The notes below the pieces were generated by a model. The model worked only from the letters and a program-made list of their open reading frames with translations, did no database searches and was not told the DNA's origin. A DNA stretch of 64,000 nucleotides from Eledone cirrhosa (taxonomy: Eukaryota), in the NCBI GenBank assembly GCA_964016885.1, contig OZ024741.1, positions 8,680,001-8,744,000 on the forward strand, given 5' to 3'. Below, piece after piece: positions 57,101-64,000 of the stretch. The number at the start of each line of letters is the position of its first letter. Position 1 is the stretch's first letter. The translations under genes and the position numbers were made by a program.

Positions 57101-60100
57101 TCTTCTAGCCTCTCTGTCTTCCAGCCTCTCTGTCTTCCAGCCACTCTGTCTGTACATCAGTCTGTCTTCCAGCCACTCTGTCTGTATATCAGTCTGTGAT
57201 CCCGCCTCTCTGTCTGTATATCAGTGTGTCTTCCAACCCCTCTGTCTTCCAGCCTCTCTGTCTCCCAGCCACTCTGTCTTCCAGCCTCTCTGTCTTCCAG
57301 CCACTCTGTCTTCCAACCTCTCTGTCTTCCAGTCACTCTGTCTTCCAGCCTCTCTGTCTTCCAGCCTCTCTGTCTTCCAGCCACTCTGTCTGTACATCAT
57401 TGTTTCTTCCAGCCAGTCTGTCTGTATATCAGTCTGTGTTCCAGCCTCTCTGTCTGTATATCAGTCTGTCTTCCAGCCTCTCTGTCTTCCAGCCTCTCTG
57501 TCTTCCAGCCACTATGTCTTGCAGCCTCTCTGTCTGTATATCAGTCTATCTTCCAGCTACTCTGATTGTATATCAATCTGTCTTCCAGCCTCTCTGTCTT
57601 CCAGCCACTCTGTCTGTATATGTCTGTCTTCCAGCTACTCTGTCTTCCAGCCACTCTGTCTGTATATCAGTCTGTCTTCCAGCCTCTCTGTCTTCCAGCC
57701 AATCTATCTGAAAATCAGTCTGTCTTCCAGCCTCTCTGTCTTCCAGCCAATCTGTCTGTATATCAGTCTGTCTTCCAGCCACTCTGTCTGTATATCAGTC
57801 TGTCTTCCACCCTCTCTGTCTTCCAGCATCTCTGTCTGCATATCAGTATATCTTCCAGCCTCTCTGTCTAACAGCCTCTCTGTCTTCCAGCCACTCTGTC
57901 TTCCAGCCACTCTGTTTTCCAGCCACTCTGTCTTCCAGCCTCTCTGTCTTCCAGCCACTCTGTCTGTATATCAGTCTGTCTTCCACCCTCTCTGTCTTCC
58001 AGCATCTCTGTCTGCATATCAGTATATCTTCCAGCCTCTCTGTCTACCAGCCTCTCTGTCTTCCAGCCACTCTGTCTTCCAGCCACTCTGTTTTCCAGCC
58101 ACTCTGTCTTCCAGCCTCTCTGTCTTCCAGCCACTCTGTCTGTATATCAGTCTGTCTTCCAGCCTCTCTGTCTTCTAGCCACTCTGTCTTCCAGTCTCTC
58201 TGTCTGTATATCAGTCTGTCTTCCAGCCTCTCTGTCTTCCAGCCACTCTGTCTTCCAGCCAATCTGTCTGTATATCAGTCTCTCTTCCAGCCTCTCTGTT
58301 TTCCAGGCCCTCTGTCTGTATATCAGTCTGTCTTCCAGCCACTCTGTCTGTATATCAGTCTGTCTTCCAGCCTCTCTGTCTTCCAGCCACTCTGTCTTTC
58401 AGCCACTCTGTCTGTATATCAGTATGTCTTCCACCCACTCTGTCTTCCAGCCACTCTGTCTGTATATCAGTCTGTCTTCCAGCCTCTCTGTCTTCCAGCT
58501 ACTCTGTCTTCCAGCCAGTCTGTCTTCCAGCCAGTCTGTCTTCCAGCCACTCTGTCTTCCAGCCTCTCTGTCTTCCAGGTACTCTGTCTTCTAGCCTCTC
58601 TGTCTTCAAGCCTCTCTGTCTTCCAGCCACTCTGTCTGTACATCAGTCTGTCTTCCAGCCACTCTGTCTGTATGTCAGTCTGTGTTCCCGCCTCTCTGTC
58701 TGTATATCAGTGTGTCTTCCAGCCTCTCTGTCTTCCTGCCTCTCTGTCTTCCAGCCACTCTGTCTTCCAACCTCTCTGTCTTCCAGTCACTCTGTCTTCC
58801 AGCCTGTCTGTCTTCCAGCCTCTCTGTCTTCCAGCCACTCTGTCTGTACATCAGTGTTTCTTCCAGCCAGTCTGTCTGTATATCAGTCTGTGTTCTAGCC
58901 TCTCTGTCTATATATCACTCTGTCTTCCAGCCTCTCTGTCTTCCAGCCACTCTGCCTTCCAGCACGCTGTCTTCCAGCTTCTCTGTCTTCCAGCCACTCT
59001 GTCTTCCAGCCTCTCTGTCTGTATATCAGTCTGTCTTCCAGCCTCTCTGTCTTCCAGCCACTCTGTCCCTATATCAGTCTGAATTCCAGACTCTCTGACT
59101 TCCAGCCTCTCTGTCTTCAAGCCTATCTGTCTTCAAGCCACTCTGTCTGTAAAAACAGTCTGTCTTCCAGCCTCTCTGTCTTCCAGTCTCTCTGTCTGTA
59201 TATCAGTCTGTCTTCCAGCCTCTCTGTCTTCCAGCCATTCTGTCTGTATATCAGTCTGTCTTCCAACCTCTCTGTCTTCCAGTCTCTCTGTCTGTATATC
59301 AGTCTGTCTTCCAGCCTCTCTGTCTTCCAGCCACTCTGTCTGTATATGTCTGTCTTCCAGCTACTCTGTCTTCCAGCCACTCTGTCTGTATATCAGTCTG
59401 TCTTCCAGCCAATCTCTCTGTAAATCAGTCTGTCTTCCAGCCTCTCTGTCTTCCAGCCACTCTCTCTTCCAGGCTCTCTGTCTTCCAGCCACTCTGTCTG
59501 TATATCAGTCTGTCTTCCAGCCACTGTCATCCAGCCTCTCTATCTTCCAGCCTCTCTGTCTTCCAGTCTCTCTGTCTGTATATCAGTCAATCTTCCAGCC
59601 TCTCTGTCTGTATATGAGTCTGTCTTCCAGCCTCTCTGTCTTCCAGCCACTCTGTCTTCCAGCCACTCTGTCTTCCAGCCTCTCTGTCTTCTAGCCACTC
59701 TGTATGTATATCAGTCTGTCTTCCAGCCTCTTACTCTTCCAGCCACTCTGTATGTATATTAGTCTGTCTTCCAGCCACTCTGTCTTCCAGCCGCTCTGTC
59801 TTCCAGCCTATCTGTCTTCCAGCCACTCTTTCTTCCAGCCACTCTGTCTTCCAGCCTCTCTGTCTTCCAGCCACTCTGTCTGTATATCAGTCTGTCTTCC
59901 AGCCTCTCTGTCTTCTAGCCACTCTGTCTTCCAGTCTCTCTGTCTGTATATCAGTCTGTCTTCCAGCCTCTCTGTCTTCCAGCCACTCTGTCTTCCAGCC
60001 AATCTGTCTGTATATCAGTCTGTCTTCCAGCCTCTCTGTTTTCCAGCCCCTCTGTCTGTATATCAGTCTGTCTTCCAGCCACTCTGTCTGTATATCAGTC

Positions 60101-63100
60101 TGTCTTCCAGTCTCTCTGTCTTCCAGCCACTCTGTCTTTCAGCCACTCTGTCTGTATATCAGTATGTCTTCCACCCACTCTGTCTTCCAGCCACTCTGTC
60201 TGTATATCAGTCTGTCTTCCAGCCAGTCTGTCTTCCAGCCACTCTGTCTTCCAGCCTCTCTGTCTTCGAGGCACTCTGTCTTCTAGCCTCTCTGTCTTCC
60301 AGCCTCTCTGTCTTCCAGCCACTCTGTCTGTACATCAGTCTGTCTTCCAGCCACTCTGTCTGTATATCAGTCTGTGATCCCGCCTCTCTGTCTGTATATC
60401 AGTGTGTCTTCCAACCCCTCTGTCTTCCAGCCTCTCTGTCTCCCAGCCACTCTGTCTTCCAGCCTCTCTGTCTTCCAGCCACTCTGTCTTCCAACCTCTC
60501 TGTCTTCCAGTCACTCTGTCTTCCAGCCTCTCTGTCTTCCAGCCTCTCTGTCTTCCAGCCACTCTGTCTGTACATCAGTGTTTCTTCTAGCCAGTCTGTC
60601 TGTATATCAGTCTGTGTTCCAGCCTCTCTGTCTGTATATCAGTCTGTCTTCCAGCCTCTCTGTCTTCCAGCCTCTCTGTCTTCCAGCCACTATGTCTTGC
60701 AGCCTCTCTGTCTGTATATCAGTCTATCTTCCAGCTACTCTGATTGTATATCAAACTGTCTTCCAGCCTCTCTGTCTTCCAGCCACTCTGTCTGTATATG
60801 TCTGTCTTCCAGCTACTCTGTCTTCCAGCCACTCTGTCTGTATATCAGTCTGTCTTCCAGCCTCTCTGTCTTCCAGCCAATCTATCTGAAAATCAGTCTG
60901 TCTTCCAGCCTCTCTGTCTTCCAGCCAATCTGTCTGTATATCAGTCTGTCTTCCAGCCACTCTGTCTGTATATCAGTCTGTCTTCCACCCTCTCTGTCTT
61001 CCAGCATCTCTGTCTGCATATCAGTATATCTTCCAGCCTCTCTGTCTAACAGCCTCTCTGTCTTCCAGCCACTCTGTCTTCCAGCCACTCTGTTTTCCAG
61101 CCACTCTGTCTTCCAGCCTCTCTGTCTTCCAGCCACTCTGTCTGTATATCAGTCTGTCTTCCACCCTCTCTGTCTTCCAGCATCTCTGTCTGCATATCAG
61201 TATATCTTCCAGCCTCTCTGTCTACCAGCCTCTCTGTCTTCCAGCCACTCTGTCTTCCAGCCACTCTGTTTTCCAGCCACTCTGTCTTCCAGCCTCTCTG
61301 TCTTCCAGCCACTCTGTCTGTATATCAGTCTGTCTTCCAGCCTCTCTGTCTTCTAGCCACTCTGTCTTCCAGTCTCTCTGTCTGTATATCAGTCTGTCTT
61401 CCAGCCTCACTGTCTTCCAGCCACTCTGTCTTCCAGCCAATCTGTCTGTATATCAGTCTCTCTTCCAGCCTCTCTGTTTTCCAGGCCATTGTCTGTATAT
61501 CTGTCTGTCTTCCAGCCACTCTGTCTGTATATCAGTCTGTCTTCCAGCCTCTCTGTCTTCCAGCCACTCTGTCTTTCAGCCACTCTGTCTGTATATCAGT
61601 ATGTCTTCCACCCACTCTGTCTTCCAGCCACTCTGTCTGTATATCAGTCTGTCTTCCAGCCTCTCTGTCTTCCAGCTACTCTGTCTTCCAGCCAGTCTGT
61701 CTTCCAGCCAGTCTGTCTTCCAGCCACTCTGTCTTCCAGCCTCTCTGTCTTCCAGGTACTCTGTCTTCTAGCCTCTCTGTCTTCAAGCCTCTCTGTCTTC
61801 CAGCCACTCTGTCTGTACATCAGTCTGTCTTCCAGCCACTCTGTCTGTATGTCAGTCTGTGTTCCCGCCTCTCTGTCTGTATATCAGTGTGTCTTCCAGC
61901 CTCTCTGTCTTCCTGCCTCTCTGTCTTCCAGCCACTCTGTCTTCCAACCTCTCTGTCTTCCAGTCACTCTGTCTTCCAGCCTGTCTGTCTTCCAGCCTCT
62001 CTGTCTTCCAGCCACTCTGTCTGTACATCAGTGTTTCTTCCAGCCAGTCTGTCTGTATATCAGTCTGTGTTCTAGCCTCTCTGTCTGTATATCACTCTGT
62101 CTTCCAGCCTCTCTGTCTTCCAGCCACTCTGCCTTCCAGCACGCTGTCTTCCAGCTTCTCTGTCTTCCAGCCACTCTGTCTTCCAGCCTCTCTGTCTGTA
62201 TATCAGTCTGTCTTCCAGCCTCTCTGTCTTCCAGCCACTCTGTCCCTATATCAGTCTGAATTCCAGACTCTCTGACTTCCAGCCTCTCTGTTTTCAAGCC
62301 TATCTGTCTTCAAGCCACTCTGTCTGTAAAAACAGTCTGTCTTCCAGCCTCTCTGTCTTCCAGTCTCTCTGTCTGTATATCAGTCTGTCTTCCAGCCTCT
62401 CTGTCTTCCAGCCATTCTGTCTGTATATCAGTCTGTCTTCCAACCTCTCTGTCTTCCAGTCTCTCTGTCTGTATATCAGTCTGTCTTCCAGCCTCTCTGT
62501 CTTCCAGCCACTCTGTCTGTATATGTCTGTCTTCCAGCTACTCTGTCTTCCAGCCACTCTGTCTGTATATCAGTCTGTCTTCCAGCCAATCTCTCTGTAA
62601 ATCAGTCTGTCTTCCAGCCTCTCTGTCTTCCAGCCACTCTCTCTTCCAGGCTCTCTGTCTTCCAGCCACTCTGTCTGTATATCAGTCTGTCTTCCAGCCA
62701 CTGTCATCCAGCCTCTCTATCTTCCAGCCTCTCTGTCTTCCAGTCTCTCTGTCTGTATATCAGTCAATCTTCCAGCCTCTCTGTCTGTATATGAGTCTGT
62801 CTTCCAGCCTCTCTGTCTTCCAGCCACTCTGTCTTCCAGCCACTCTGTCTTCCAGCCTCTCTGTCTTCCAGCCACTCTGTATGTATATCAGTCTGTCTTC
62901 CAGCCTCTCACTCTTCCAGCCACTCTGTATGTATATTAGTCTGTCTTCCAGCCACTCTGTCTTCCAGCCGCTCTGTCTTCCAGCCTCTCTGTCTTCCAGC
63001 CACTCTTTCTTCCAGCCACTCTGTCTTCCAGCCTCTCTGTCTTCCAGCCACTCTGTCTGTATATCAGTCTGTCTTCCAGCCTCTCTGTCTTCTAGCCACT

Positions 63101-64000
63101 CTGTCTTCCAGTCTCTCTGTCTGTATATCAGTCTGCCTTCCAGCCTCTCTGTCTTCCAGCCACTCTGTCTTCCAGCCAATCTGTCTGTATATCACTCTGT
63201 CTTCCAGCCTCTCTGTTTTCCAGCCCCTCTGTCTGTATATCAGTCTGTCTTCCAGCCACTCTGTCTGTATATCAGTCTGTCTTCCAGTCTCTCTGTCTTC
63301 CAGCCACTCTGTCTTTCAGCCACTCTGTCTGTATATCAGTATGTCTTCCACCCACTCTGTCTTCCAGCCACTCTGTCTGTATATCAGTCTGTCTTCCAGC
63401 CAGTCTGTCTTCCAGCCACTCTGTCTTCCAGCCTCTCTGTCTTCGAGGCACTCTGTCTTCTAGCCTCTCTGTCTTCCAGCCTCTCTGTCTTCCAGCCACT
63501 CTGTCTGTACATCAGTCTGTCTTCCAGCCACTCTGTCTGTATATCAGTCTGTGATCCCGCCTCTCTGTCTGTATATCAGTGTGTCTTCCAACCCCTCTGT
63601 CTTCCAGCCTCTCTGTCTTCCAGCCACTCTGTCTTCCAGCCTCTCTGTCTTCCAGCCACTCTGTCTGTACATCAGTGTTTCTTCTAGCCAGTCTGTCTGT
63701 ATATCAGTCTGTGTTCCAGCCTCTCTGTCTGTATATCAGTCTGTCTTCCAGCCTCTCTGTCTTCCAGCCTCTCTGTCTTCCAGCCTCTCTGTCTTCCAGC
63801 CACTATGTCTTGCAGCCTCTCTGTCTGTATATCAGTCTATCTTCCAGCTACTCTGATTGTATATCAATCTGTCTTCCAGCCTCTCTGTCTTCCAGCCACT
63901 CTGTCTGTATATGTCTGTCTTCCAGCTACTCTGTCTTCCAGCCACTCTGTCTGTATATCAGTCTGTCTTCCAGCCTCTCTGTCTTCCAGCCAATCTATCT
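54200..64000. repeat. 16-bp composite satellite (TCTGTCTTCCAGCC[T/A]C interspersed with TCTGTCTGTATATCAG), runs off the right edge
   Basis: Direct inspection. Near-identical ORF artefacts recur at offsets of 3177, 3178 and 3256 bp. Confidence 0.95.

Noticed and set aside
54083-63856. ORFs up to 684 aa with VFQPLCL repeats
   Set aside because: Translation artefacts of the 16-bp satellite.

Overview
Repeat-dominated animal genomic DNA. It is probably cephalopod (Octopus-like), inferred from the SINE families and very abundant (TA)n/(TATC)n. About 37 kb is satellite DNA: a 33-bp array (1-6263), an 84-bp array (6263-27050) and a 16-bp composite array (54200-64000), each with kb-scale higher-order repeats. 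Nearly all listed ORFs are artefacts of these repeats. The central 27 kb holds a decayed Penelope-like element (RT plus GIY-YIG), a second Penelope endonuclease fragment, tRNA-derived SINEs, a tRNA-Phe pseudogene, an RTE fragment, three minisatellites, two tandem Tx1/L1-type LINEs in microsatellites, and possibly two terminal exons of a host gene. The most notable signal is non-coding. Nine hammerhead ribozyme motifs (folded by hand) and two 3' half-motifs, from about eight sequence families, lie within about 14 kb (30457-43995). They sit in short elements inserted into (TA)n that show direct repeats, inverted 5' ends or fold-back hairpins. Two of these look like protein-free retrozyme-like units of about 475 and 530 nt. 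In one, the inverted copy ends at the predicted ribozyme cleavage site. Several unrelated families share a 3'-tail stem-loop motif.
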